Positions 1-13,050 of a stretch of DNA of 64,000 nt are shown piece by piece (positions within the stretch are counted from its first letter, which is position 1; every line of letters starts with the position of its first letter). The DNA comes from Neocallimastix sp. 'constans' (lineage: Eukaryota), in assembly GCA_050613775.1 (NCBI GenBank), contig JBODTK010000001.1, positions 310,001 to 374,000 of the forward strand, in the 5' to 3' direction. The translations under genes were made by a program, and so were the position numbers. The notes beneath the pieces were generated by a model that was not told the origin of the DNA, did no database searches, and saw only the letters and a program-made list of their open reading frames with translations.

Positions 1-248
1 TTAGCTGGAAGTGGAAGAGTTTTAGAAGTCTTCTTAGTGGTTGGGACTGGAAGAGATTTAGTGGAACTAGATTTTGGGTTTTTTGCTGGAAGAGTACTGC
101 TGATTATTGGAAGACTTTTGGTAATTGATTTTGTTGGAAGTGTCTTGCTACTAATAGCTTTTGGAAGTGTTTTTGTAGCAGCACTAGCGTTTTCAGCATG
201 TAAAGCTAAAGTAACAACACAAGCTAATAAAAATTTATTGAATTTCAT
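1..248 (-). CDS. Secreted Thr/Lys/Pro-repeat protein, array copy 1 (5' part only; runs off the window)
   Basis: CAT at 246-248 gives MKFNKFLLACVVTLALHAENASAATKTLPK..., near-identical to the starts of the five complete paralogues. The repeat units continue to position 1. Confidence 0.9.
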   Translation of the reverse strand, partial: MKFNKFLLACVVTLALHAENASAATKTLPKAISSKTLPTKSITKSLPIISSTLPAKNPKSSSTKSLPVPTTKKTSKTLPLPA

Positions 249-1645
249 ATTGGATTAATAATTACTTAATAATAAAAAAAAAACTTAATTTATTTAAAAT
301 TAGAATATCTATTTATTCTATATTGTATTGACTCAATCAAACAATATTTTCTTATTTATTATTATATATATAAATATATATAATTTTTTTCTTTATTTTT
401 TCAAAAAATAAAGTTGTATTTTTAAAAAAAAAAATGAAGAAAAATCAATTGTTTTTATAGTTTAGAATTATTAATGCAATAAATTAAATATTTTATATTT
501 TAACTTCTTTAATAATCTATAATAATATTCTTAAATTTTAATTTTTATTTTCATTGTATAATTTTATTTGGAATAATTTTAAAATTTTACTTATTTAAAA
601 ATTATATATTTAAAATTATACAAAGTTTATGTAGCACAATACAAAAATTAATATAATAATATATTATTATATTGTAATGCATTATATTATATATTAAATA
701 TCACAAGTAAATTTTAAAAAAAATGTTTTTTTTTCTAATCATTTTATTTATATTAAAAAAAAAAATTATAATATTATATTATTTTAAAGTTACACAAACT
801 GATTTATACTATTAATTTTTATTCCTTAATTTTTAATAATTAAAATAATAATAATAAAAAAAAAGAAATAAATAAATAAATAAATAAATTATCTTATTGC
901 TATTTATGGTTAAGTCGATATAATGGAATTGGCATATGTTAAATTATTTATTATTTATTAAATATTTATTGAAAAAAATATTTATTATTTTATTTCATTT
1001 TTCTAAATTTAAATAGTTTTAACTATGGAAATCAATTTTTTTTTTCTTTCTTTTAGTCAAAAATATATTAACTAGCTAAAAAGAGGTTTTAATATTCATT
1101 AAAACAAAATGTTAAACAAAAGATAAAAATATTAAACATTTGATCTTAAAAATAAATAAATATAAATAACAATGATTAAATTACTAAAGACAATTCTTTT
1201 TTTCGTTAAAAACATTTTGTATATTTGAATAAAATAATATTATAAAACTATTATACTTATAAATTAAAAAAAATAATAGACAATTAAAATTAAGGAAAGA
1301 ATAATTTAAGGATTTAAAAAAGAAATTCTTATTATTTCTATAATAATAATAATAATAATAATCATAAAAATTATATTAATAATACTAATAATAATAAAAT
1401 ATTTTTATTAGTATTATTAATATAATAAAAAATAACTCAAATATTATAAAATTAACTTTGAAAAGGTGAAATTTTAGATAGATAGGGGAAGAATATATAA
1501 ATGTATATATAATATATATATTTATAATTTTAATTTTATTTATTGTTTATTACTTATTGTTTGTTTTTTTATGTTTTTTATTGTTAATTTTTATATTTTG
1601 TAATTATTATTTATTTATTTTATTTTATTTTATTTTATTTAATTT

Positions 1646-1835
1646 CATCTTTTTGTTTAATTGGGGATATTTAATAATAATTTATTATTAAATTAGATTT
1701 AAAATTAAATTAATTTAAATAAAATAAATTAATTTAAATATAAATTTTTTGTTTGGTTCGTGATTCATTTATATCATATGTTTTACACAGAAAATGAATT
1801 TGACAATTTCTATAAGGAGTATTTTCAGTTATTAA
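1646..1835. repeat. Conserved ~190-bp non-coding block upstream of copy 1; also at ~10088-10277, 18759-18948, 23321-23510, 29650-29838, truncated at ~6440-6490
   Basis: Near-identical sequence catctttttgtttaattggggatat...tttggttcgtgattcatttatatcatatgttttacacagaaa.tgaatttgacaatt...ggagta.tttcagttattaatttt recurs in the spacers. Confidence 0.9.
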
Positions 1836-2444
1836 TTTTTTTTTTAGACAAAGATAAAATTTTATTTTAATTTCTTTTTTTTCAAAATTTTGTTAATTTT
1901 GTTAATTTTGTTTAAAAGAATATTAAATTAAGTATTCATTTAATAGAAGTTAATAAAAAAAAAAAAAAAATTAAAAAGTATAATTTAAAAATTAGTAATA
2001 TATAGATAGTAAAATATATAACTATCTATCGATCTATATATTAATATTTTATATCTATAATTTCTTATTGATTACTTCATTATATTGGTCTTTATTCTCC
2101 AAGTTTGAATTGTAACTCATCTAAAGCTAATATTTTCATTAAGAAAGAACATATAAATTTTCCTTTATTAATTTTCAAAAAAATTTTATTATTCATTTAT
2201 CTTAATAAATTAAAATAAGAAACAAATAATTGATCTTTTTTTTGTATTTATTTTTTATTTAAATATTTTATTATTTATTTTTATATGATTTTGAATTTTT
2301 TAAAAAAAACTTATTCTTTTTTTATATTAAAATGCAATTGAACAAAAAAAAATTTTTTTTTATTTATTTTATTGAATAAGCATTATTATTTATAATTTTT
2401 TCTATATTTTAAAATTTTCAAAATCTTAATTGATTATTTATTTT

Positions 2445-2475
<31 letters not shown>

Positions 2476-3908
2476 TAAAAAAAAAAGAAATAAATAAAAA
2501 AAAAATATAAATAAATAAATAAATAAATAAATAATAGCAATAATAATAAAAAAATAATAAACTCTTTAATTCAAATTTTGTTGTATGGAGTAAATTCTAT
2601 TTGATTTATATTTTTTAGTTATATACGTATATATATTATTTTGTATAAATTAAATATAAGTTAAAATATTTTTTTAAATAAAAACATTATTTATTGATAT
2701 ATGGATAAAATAGTATGAATGTGAATATAAATATGAACATATTTTAGTTATTATAATATATATGTTCCATATGTTATGAAATATAATCTAACTATTTATA
2801 TATTAAATAAATATGTAATTTTTTTTATAAACTATAGTAAATATTAATATATTTAATATATAACTTAAATATACCATAGAATATGTATTTCTTCATATTA
2901 TTTTTAATAAAAACTCTTTTTGTATCTTCTGAGGGCTCTATAGTGTATAGTAATTTCATTTCAAAGGTGAATTTTTTTCCTTTATAAATAATTTAAAAAA
3001 TTTCCTTAATATACATTAAAATAGTCTAAATGTCTAAATACAATATAAATTAGTTAAAATTATGAAGTATGTAGTGAAAGCTGAGAGGAATGGAGTCGAT
3101 ATGATGTGCCCATAATCAATACTTTAGAGATAGTATAATTTTACATAAATAAATTTAAATATATATATATATATTAAAATATATATATATTATTTAAATA
3201 TGATATTTTTATTTCGCTTAAAATACAACTTCATATTTAGAAATTATGACTATTTAAAAAATATTATGGTTCAATATTTTTTTTTTTTTTAGAAAAAGAA
3301 TATTTTTTTATTAATATTATTTAATATTTTTTTTTTTTTTTTTAGAAAAAGAATATTCTATTTATTAATATTATTTAATAGTTTTAATTGTTTTTTAATT
3401 GTTAATAAACTTAAAAAACACATAATTATAAATTTAATTATTGTATTCTATAAAAATTATTTCTATTATATCTATCATTATTACTACTATTTTTAATTAA
3501 TGTCTAATGTTTTTAAATTTTTTTGTTTTATGATATATTTCATTTATATCATATATTATATATTATTTCTTCTTACATATATATATATATATATATATAT
3601 TTAATATTTTTTTATTGTTTACAATAAACAATGAAAGAAAACTTTTTTTTATGAATTATTAAATAATAATAATTTTTTATTAATTTATTAGTAAATAATA
3701 TTTTATTAATACTATACTTATTATAATTTTCAATTTTCTATTAACAATTCTTTTAATGATCAAAACTTCTTATTAAATTAAACTCCAATAATAAAATATC
3801 TATTATAAATAATAGCAATTTGGAATATAGAATATGGAAAATATATTTTTTTTCTTTTATTATAATAAAGAAAAAAATATATTTATATGTAATCTACTTT
3901 CCTCTGAT

Positions 3909-4925
3909 TTAAAATGCCCAAATCTTAGAACATTCTTCATTAATAGCATTACATTCCTTAGCGACAGCTTCTGAATATTGTTGTTTCCAGCAAGCATTTA
4001 ATCTAGCATAACATTCATCAGATAAACGTTGCTTACAAGTCCAATCATCGTTTTTACATTTTTTGTTTGTGTTAGTTGGTTGTATAGTTTTAGTAGTTTT
4101 AGTGGTTGATCTTGGAATAGTCTTAGAGGTCTTCTTAGTAGTTGGAACTGGAAGAGTTTTAGAAGTCTTTTTTGTAGTTGGAACTGGAAGAGTCTTAGAA
4201 GTCTTCTTAGTGGTTGGAAGTGGAAGAGTCTTAGATGTTTTCTTAGTAGTTGGAACTGGAAGAGTCTTAGAGGTCTTTTTAGTAGTTGGAACTGGAAGAG
4301 TCTTAGAAGTCTTCTTAGTAGTTGGAACTGGGAGAGTCTTAGAAGTCTTCTTAGTAGTTGGAACTGGGAGAGTCTTGGAAGTCTTCTTGGTAGTTGGGAC
4401 TGGGAGAGTCTTGGAAGTCTTCTTAGTAGTTGGAACTGGAAGAGCCTTGGAAGTCTTCTTAGTAGTTGGGACTGGAAGAGTCTTAGAGGTCTTTTTTGTG
4501 ATTGGAAGTGGAAGAGTCTTTGATGTTTTCTTAGTAGTTGGAACTGGAAGAGTCTTTGATGTTTTCTTAGTTGTTGGAACTGGAAGAGTTTTAGAGGTCT
4601 TCTTTGTAGTTGGAAGTGGAAGAGTCTTAGAAGTTTTCTTAGTAGTTGGGACTGGGAGAGTCTTAGAAGTCTTCTTGGTAGTTGGGACTGGGAGAGTCTT
4701 AGAAGTCTTCTTAGTAGTTGGGACTGGAAGAGATTTAGTGGAACTAGATTTTGGGTTCTTCGCTGGAAGAGTACTGCTGATTATTGGAAGACTTTTGGAA
4801 ATTGATTTTGTTGGAAGTGTCTTGCTACTAACAGCTTTTGGAAGTGTTTTTGTAGCAGCACTAACGTTTTCAGCATGTAAAGCTAAAGTAACAACACAAG
4901 CTAATAAAAATTTATTGAATCTCAT
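3909..4925 (-). CDS. Secreted Thr/Lys/Pro-repeat protein with C-terminal 6-Cys domain, copy 2 (338 aa, ~17 repeats)
   Basis: Intronless ORF with a signal-peptide-like N-terminus, PTTKKTSKTLPV repeats (36-bp unit) and C-terminal CKNDDWTC...CSKIWAF. Confidence 0.93.
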   Translation of the reverse strand: MRFNKFLLACVVTLALHAENVSAATKTLPKAVSSKTLPTKSISKSLPIISSTLPAKNPKSSSTKSLPVPTTKKTSKTLPVPTTKKTSKTLPVPTTKKTSKTLPLPTTKKTSKTLPVPTTKKTSKTLPVPTTKKTSKTLPLPITKKTSKTLPVPTTKKTSKALPVPTTKKTSKTLPVPTTKKTSKTLPVPTTKKTSKTLPVPTTKKTSKTLPVPTTKKTSKTLPVPTTKKTSKTLPLPTTKKTSKTLPVPTTKKTSKTLPVPTTKKTSKTIPRSTTKTTKTIQPTNTNKKCKNDDWTCKQRLSDECYARLNACWKQQYSEAVAKECNAINEECSKIWAF

Positions 4926-5097
4926 ATTGTATTAATAATTACTTAATAATAAAAAACTAACTTAATTTATTTAAAACTAGAATATCTATTTATTTTATAT
5001 TGTATTGATTCAATCAAACAATATTTAATTTTTTTTTATTATATATATAAATATATATAATTTTTTTTTCTTTATTTTTTCAAAAAATAAAGTTGTA

Positions 5098-5144
<47 letters not shown>

Positions 5145-7910
5145 AAAAAAATCAATTGTTTTTATAGTTTAGAATTATTAATGCAATAAATTAAATATTT
5201 TGTATTTTAACTTCTTTAATAATCTATAATAATATTCTTAAATTTTAATTTTTATTTTCATTGTATAATTTTATTTGGAATAATTTTAAAATTTTACTTA
5301 TTTAAAAATTATATATTTAAAATTATACTATGTTTATGTAGCACAATACAAAAATTAATATAATAATATATTATTATATTGTAATGCATTATATTATATA
5401 TTACATATCACAAGTAAATTTTAAAAAAAATGTTTTTTTTTCTAATCATTTTATTTATATTAAAAAAAAAATTATAATTTTATATTATTTTAAAGTTACA
5501 CAAACTGATTTATACTATTAATTTTTATTCCTTAATTTTTAATAATTAAAATAATAATAATAAAAAAAAAGAAATAAATAAATAAATAAATAAATTATCT
5601 TATTGCTATTTATGGTTAAGTCGATATAATGGAATTGGCATATGTTAAATTATTTATTATTTATTAAATATTTATTGAAAAAAATATTTATTATTTTATT
5701 TCATTTTTCTAAATTTAAATAGTTTTAACTATGGAAATCAATTTTTTTTTTCTTTCTTTTAGTCAAAATTATATTAACTAGCTAAAAAGAGGTTTTAATA
5801 TTCATTAAAACAAAATGGTAAATAAAAGATAAAATTATTAAACATTTGATCTTAAAAATAAATAAATGTAAATAACAATAATTAAATTACTAAAGACAAT
5901 TCTTTTTTTCGTTAAAAATATTTTGTATATTTGAATAAAATAATATTATAAAACTATTATTATTATGAATTAGAAAAAAAAATAATAGACAATTAAAATT
6001 AAGGAAAGAATAATTTAAGGATTTAAAAAAGAAATTCTTATTATTTCTATAATAATAATAATAATAATAATCATAAAAATTATATTAATAATACTAATAA
6101 TAATAAAATATTATAAAAAAAAATAACTCAAATATTATAAAATTAACTTTGAAAAGGTGAAATTTTAGATAGATAGGGGAAGAATATATAAATGTATATA
6201 AAATATATATATATTTATAATTTTAATTTTATTTATTGTTTATTACTTATTGTTTGTTTTTTTGTGTTTTTTTATTGTTAATTTTTATATTTTGTAATTA
6301 TTTATTTATTTTATTTATTTTATTTTATTTTATTTTATTTTATTTTATTTTATTTTATTTTATTTTATTTTATTTTATTTTATTTTATTTTATTTTATTT
6401 TATTTTATTTTATTTTATTTTATTTTATTTTATTTTTTTTTGTTTAATTGGGGATGTTTAATAATATTTTATTATTAAATTAGATTTAAATAAAATTAAA
6501 AATAAAAAAATAAAAGAAATAAATAAAATAAATAAATAAATAAATAAGTTAAGTAATAACAATAATAATAAAAAATAATAAACTCTTTAATTCAAATTTT
6601 ATTATATGGAATAAATTTTATAATATTTATATTTTTTATTTATATACATATACTGAATAAATCAAGTAAAAGTTAATATTTTTTTTTAAATAAAAGCATT
6701 ATTTATTGATATATGTATAAAATAGTATGAATGTGAATATAAATATGAACATATTTAAGTTATTATAATATATTTGTTCCATATGTTATGAAATATAATC
6801 TAACTATTTATATATTAAATAAATATGTAATTTTTTTTATAAACTATAGTAAATATTGATATATTTAATATATAACTTAAATATACCATAGAATATGTAT
6901 TTCTTCATATTATTTTTAATAAAAACTCTTTTTGTATCTTCTGAAGGCTCTATAGTGTATAGTAATTTTATTTCAAAGTAGAATTTTTTTCCTTTATAAA
7001 TAATTTAAAAAATTTCCTTAATATACATTAAAATAGTCTAAATGTCTAAATACAATATAAATTAGTTAAAATTATGAAGTATGTAGTGAAAGCTGAGAGG
7101 AATGGAGTCGATATGATGTGCCCATAATCAATACTTTAGAGATAGTATAATTTTACATAAATAAATTTAAATATATATATATATTAAAATATATATATAT
7201 TATTTAAATATGATATTTTTATTTCGCTTAAAATACAACTTCATATTTAGAAATTATGACTATTTAAAAAATTTTATGGTTCAATATTTTTTTTTTTTTA
7301 GAAAAAGAATATTTTTTTATTAATATTATTTAATATTTTTTTTTTTTTTTTTTAGAAAAAGAATATTCTATTTATTAATATTATTTAATAGTTTTAATTG
7401 TTTTTTAATTGTTAATAAACTTAAAAAACACATAATAATAAATTTAATTATTGTATTCTATAAAAATTATTTCTATTATATCTATCATTATTACTACTAT
7501 TTTTAATTAATGTCTAATGTTTTTAAATTTTTTTGTTTTATGATATATTTCATTTATATCATATATTATATATTATTTCTTCTTACATATATATATATAT
7601 ATATATATATTTAATATTTTTTTATTGTTTACAATAAACAATGAAAGAAAACTTTTTTTTATGAATTATTAAATAATAATAATTTTTATTAATTTATTAG
7701 TAAATAATATTTTATTAAAACTATACTTATTATAATTTTCTATTAATGATTCTTTTAATGATCAAAACTTTTTATTAAATTAAACTCCAATAATAAAATA
7801 TCTATTATATATAATAGCAATTTGGAATATAAAATATAAAAAATATATTTTTTTTCTTTTATTATAATAAAGAAAAAAATATATTTATATGTAATCTACT
7901 TTCCTCTGAT

Positions 7911-8939
7911 TTAAAATGCCCAAATCTTAGAACATTCTTCATTAATAGCATTACATTCCTTAGCGACAGCTTCTGAATATTGTTGTTTCCAGCAAGCATT
8001 TAATCTAGCATAACATTCATCAGATAAACGTTGCTTACAAGTCCAATCATCGTTTTTACATTTTTTGTTTGTGTTAGTTGGTTGTACAGTTTTAGTAGTC
8101 TTAGTGATTGATCTTGGAATAGTCTTAGTAGTTGGTTTTGGAAGAGTCTTAGAGGCCTTCTTTGTGGTTGGAATTGGGAGAGTCTTAAAGGTCTTCTTAG
8201 TAGTTGGGACTGGAAGAGTTTTAGAGGTCTTCTTAGTTGGAAGTGGAAGAGTCTTAGAAGTTTTCTTAGTAGTTGGGACTGGGAGAGTTTTAGAGGTTTT
8301 CTTAGTATTTGGAACTGGGAGAGTCTTAGATGTTTTCTTAGTAGTTGGAAGTGGAAGAGTCTTAGAGGTCTTCTTAGTAGTTGGAACTGGGAGAGTCTTA
8401 GAGGTCTTCTTAGTTGGAAGTGGAAGAGTCTTAGAAGTCTTCTTAGTAGTTGGAACTGGAAGAGTCTTAGAGGCTTTCTTAGTAGTTGGAACTGGGAGAG
8501 TCTTAGAGGCCTTCTTAGTAGTTGGAACTGGGAGAGTCTTAGAGGTCTTCTTAGTAGTTGGAACTGGGAGAGTCTTAGATGTTTTCTTAGTAGTTGGGAT
8601 TGGAAGAGTTTTAGAAGTCTTTTTGGTGGTTGGAACTAGAAGAGTTTTAGAAGTCTTCTTAGCTGGAAGTGGAAGAGTTTTAGAAGTCTTCTTAGTTGGA
8701 AGTGGAAGAGTTTTAGAAGTCTTCTTAGTGGTTGGGACTGGAAGAGATTTAGTGGAACTAGATTTTGGGTTTTTTGCTGGAAGAGTACTGCTGATTATTG
8801 GAAGACTTTTGGTAATTGATTTTGTTGGAAGTGTCTTGCTACTAACAGCTTTTGGAAGTGTTTTTGTAGCAGCACTAGCGTTTTCAGCATGTAAAGCTAA
8901 AGTAACAACACAAGCTAATAAAAATTTATTGAATCTCAT
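7911..8939 (-). CDS. Secreted repeat protein, copy 3 (342 aa, ~17 repeats, four of them 11 aa)
   Basis: Same architecture as copy 2. It has the most degenerate repeats (PLPTKK, PLPAKK and KKASK variants). Confidence 0.93.
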   Translation of the reverse strand: MRFNKFLLACVVTLALHAENASAATKTLPKAVSSKTLPTKSITKSLPIISSTLPAKNPKSSSTKSLPVPTTKKTSKTLPLPTKKTSKTLPLPAKKTSKTLLVPTTKKTSKTLPIPTTKKTSKTLPVPTTKKTSKTLPVPTTKKASKTLPVPTTKKASKTLPVPTTKKTSKTLPLPTKKTSKTLPVPTTKKTSKTLPLPTTKKTSKTLPVPNTKKTSKTLPVPTTKKTSKTLPLPTKKTSKTLPVPTTKKTFKTLPIPTTKKASKTLPKPTTKTIPRSITKTTKTVQPTNTNKKCKNDDWTCKQRLSDECYARLNACWKQQYSEAVAKECNAINEECSKIWAF

Positions 8940-11751
8940 ATTGGATTAATAATTACTTAATAATAAAAAACTAACTTAATTTATTTAAAATTAGAATATC
9001 TATTTATTTTATATTGTATTGACTCAATCAAACAATATTTAATTTTTTTTTATTATAAATATAAATATATATAATTTTTTTCTTTATTTTTTCAAAAAAT
9101 AAAGTTGTGATTTTAAAAAAAAAAAAAAAAGAAGAAAAATCAATTGTTTTTATAGTTTAAAATTATTAATGATATAAATTATATTAAATATTTTGTATTA
9201 TAAATTATTTAATAATAATTTTATTTAGAATAATTTCTAGATTTTACTTTTTAAAATTATATATTAAAAATTATACGTAACTAAGTTTATGTAGCACAAT
9301 ATAAAAATTAATATAATCATATATTATATTGTATTATACAATATCCACAATATCCAAAATAATATAATATAATACATTATATTAAATAACTATTATATAT
9401 AATATAATAATATTCCTAATCATTTTATTTAAATTAAAAGAACTTTTTTCAATATCTTATTTTTTTTAAAGCAACACAAACTGGTTTAAATTTTATTTAT
9501 ATTTTTAAACTTTATTTCTTAATTTTTAATAAAAATAAAAAAAAAAAAAATTAAAATAAATATTATCATATTCAATAGTAATGAAATTAGAAAAAAATTT
9601 TTATACCACTAAAAATTATACTAATATTTATTAAAACAAAAGAATATAAAAATTATAAATTATTTAAATTTAAACTTAAAGCAGATAATAATATTTGGAT
9701 TATTCAAAGCAATTCCTTTTTTCTTTAAAAATATTATATATATTGGAATATTTTAATTGACAATTAAAATTAAAAAAGAATAATTTAAGGATTAAAGACA
9801 AAATTTTTATTATTTCTATAAATAATAGTAATAATAATAAAAATAATAAAAGATATTAAAAAAGTATCTCAAATTTTATAAATAAACCTTAAAATTATAA
9901 AATTTTCGATTTTTGAGGAAAGAATATATAAAATATATATATGTATAATTTCATTTTTTTTTTGTTGTTTATTGCTTATTGTTTTTTTTTGTTTTTTTGT
10001 TTTTTTGTTTTTTTTTTTTGTTTTGTTTTGTTTTTTATTGTTAATTTTTATATTTTATAATTATTATTTATTTATTTTATTTTATTTCATCTTTTTGTTT
10101 AATTGGGGATATTTAATAATAATTTATTATTAAATTAGATTTAAAATTAAATTAATTTAAATAAAATAAATTAATTTAAATATAAATTTTTTGTTTGGTT
10201 CGTGATTCATTTATATCATATGTTTTACACAGAAAATGAATTTGACAATTACTAAAAGGAGTATTTTCAGTTATTAATTTTTTTTTTTTTTAAACAAAGA
10301 TAAAAACTTATTTTAATTTCTTTTTTTTCAAAATTTTGTTAATTTTGTTAATTTTGTTTAAAATAATATTAAATTAAGTATTCACTTAATTAAAGTTTTC
10401 AATAAAAATAAAATAAAATAAAATAAATAGTAGAATATTAAATATATTTAAAGTACAGATTGAATAAATTAAAATGAAATAAAATTAAAAATTAAAAAAA
10501 AAATTATAAAAGTTATAATTTAAAAAATTAATAATATATAGATAGTTATATGTAAAACTATATATATGTATTAATATTTTTATCTAAAATATATAATTCA
10601 ATTACTTCGTTATATTAATTAAAAGTAATATTATTTTATTAAGAAACGAAAAAAAAATTTTTTCAACTTTATATGATTAAATTATGGACTAACTTTTATT
10701 AATTATTCATATCGTTTACTGTAATTTTTATTAATAAATAATTAAACAGGTTTAAAAATTCCATGTAATACAATTTTATGTATTTAAATAAATGAAAATC
10801 AACTTATATATAGTATTGTAACATAATATTTTCAGATAAATATTTTTTTTTAAACCATTATTTGTAAATATAAAATTAAAATAATAAAAATTCCAATACA
10901 TATATATCTTGATAAGTTTATAATTCATAGATATTATATAAATATTTAAACCACCCCCTTTTTAATAAATTTTATTTTTTATTTTTATATATTTTTTAAA
11001 ATTTTCAAATTTTAATTAATCCTTTACAATATTTAAATAAAATAAAATAAAAAAAATTAACTCTTTCTTTTATTGAATTAATTTTATCAGCTATTTTTTA
11101 TTCTTATTTGTTTATTTATTTATATATATTTATATATGTTGTATATCACAAATATTGGTTTATAAATATATTCAATATATGAATTGAATAATATAAATGA
11201 AAATTTAAATAATTTAAAAAATTAGTAATGGAAGTTTTTGTTAACTATATCTTTTTTACATTGATCCTCTTGGCTACAAATGATTTTTTTTTTTTTTTTT
11301 TTGCAATGTAAATCGAAAAATATTTCAATAGACCCACGATTGACTGGTACATTATTAGTTGGGCAATTCTATATATGAAATATTAAATTTAGAATTCTTT
11401 CAATAGAAGTTCTTTTTAAATGTATTTATTCCTTCTATATTGAATTGTAGCTCATCTAAAGTTAAATTTCCATCAAAAAGGAATATATAAATGTATTCAT
11501 TAACTTTCAAAAAAATTTTATTATTCGTTTACCTTAATAAAATAAAAGAAAAGAAAAAAATTAATCTTTTAATTATAATTTATTTTAAATAATTATTTTA
11601 TCATTTCATTTATGTGAAAAAATTTTATTCTTTCTTTATATTAGAATGAAATTAAGGAAAAAAAATTTTTTTTATTTTATTTTAATGAATGAACTTTATC
11701 ATTTATTTTTCCATACTTTTTTTTTATTTTTTAAAATCTTTTTACTTTATT

Positions 11752-11925
<174 letters not shown>

Positions 11926-12029
11926 CTAGATAATAATAATAATAATAATAGTTATTATTAATAAATAAATAAATAATAAAGATGATTATAATAACTTTTT
12001 TCATATTATTGAAGATAACCTTTAGAAAC

Positions 12030-13050
12030 AAGAAATTCTTTCTAAAGTCCATTTTGTGGGCTATGAAAGTTTTGCATAAAAAATTTGCTAGAGTCAAAAG
12101 ACGTATTATTGGCTTTGAATGAGAGATGACGTTAAAATATTTGAGAAGTCTGGTCTAAAATGTCATTGTTACTGTCATTCTCCGGTTCCAAAAGGCATTT
12201 CTACTATTCCAACAGTTATTGAGAGACCCTTTGTTCGAGTAAGAATTGATATAATCAGTCCTCTCCCATCATCTTCTAATGGTAATATATTCATAGTTGT
12301 TCTTGTTGATTACTTTACTAAATGGGTAGAAGCTTCCCAATTTAGCAATATCGAAAGCAATGATATTATTTTTTTATACAATAGGTCTTTTCAAGTTACG
12401 GTATTCCTGAAGTTATAATAGCTGAAAATGGAAGACAGTTTATATCTGATATAACTAAAGTCATGATTGACCTTTATGGTTCATGGATCAGTTTTGTTGT
12501 TCCGTGTCATCCTGAAGCTAATGGGCAGGTTGAAAACAAGAACCGAAATTTTGTTAAAATTTTATGACACCTTTGCGATCATCAAGAAAAATGAGATGAG
12601 TACCTTCCTGAGGCCTTTTTGGCTCTCAGAACTTCGAAATTCATCGTCACGGGCTTTTGTAGTTTTGAACTACACTATAGACGAAAAGATTTATATCCTT
12701 TGAGCGTGACCCTTCCTAATTTGTCAAAAAAAGAAAACGAAAGCGACTTTGAATTAATCACAGGAAGCTTCTTTAAACATCAAAAGTGGATCAAAAAGGC
12801 TATTGAGAATATTAAATATGATCATGAGTACTGGTTAGAACACTCGAATCCGCTAAACAAATACTATATAAATGCAAACCTGGAGACCTTGTACTTATAT
12901 ATGATATAATTGAAAAAAAAAGTTGGACCTTTATTTTATAGGTCAATTTAAAGTATTAAAGGATTCTTTATACAACACTTTAGTTTTGCAAATTCTTTAT
13001 ACATAAGAGATATTTGAAAGGAATATCCATATTAAAAATGTTAAAACCCT
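12030..13050 (+). mobile_element. Degenerate Ty3/Gypsy LTR-retrotransposon integrase (frameshifted relic)
   Basis: Across frames: RRYYW..MRDDVK..KC, ERPFVRVRIDIISPLPSSSNGNIFIVVLVDYFTKWVEA, YGIPEVIIAENGRQF, HPEANGQVENKNR, ALRTSK..TGFCSFELHY. These are rve integrase core motifs, interrupted by stops and frameshifts. Confidence 0.9.

Noticed and set aside
1755..1770. tRNA gene suggested by GGTTCG
   Set aside because: No cloverleaf, acceptor stem or A-box is visible around it.
3912..4058. Cys domain as a fungal dockerin/CBM10, or the proteins as cellulosomal scaffoldins
   Set aside because: There is no GYPCC or WGxENxxWC-type motif and no adjacent CC pair, and no C-terminal membrane anchor. This is not excluded without a profile search.
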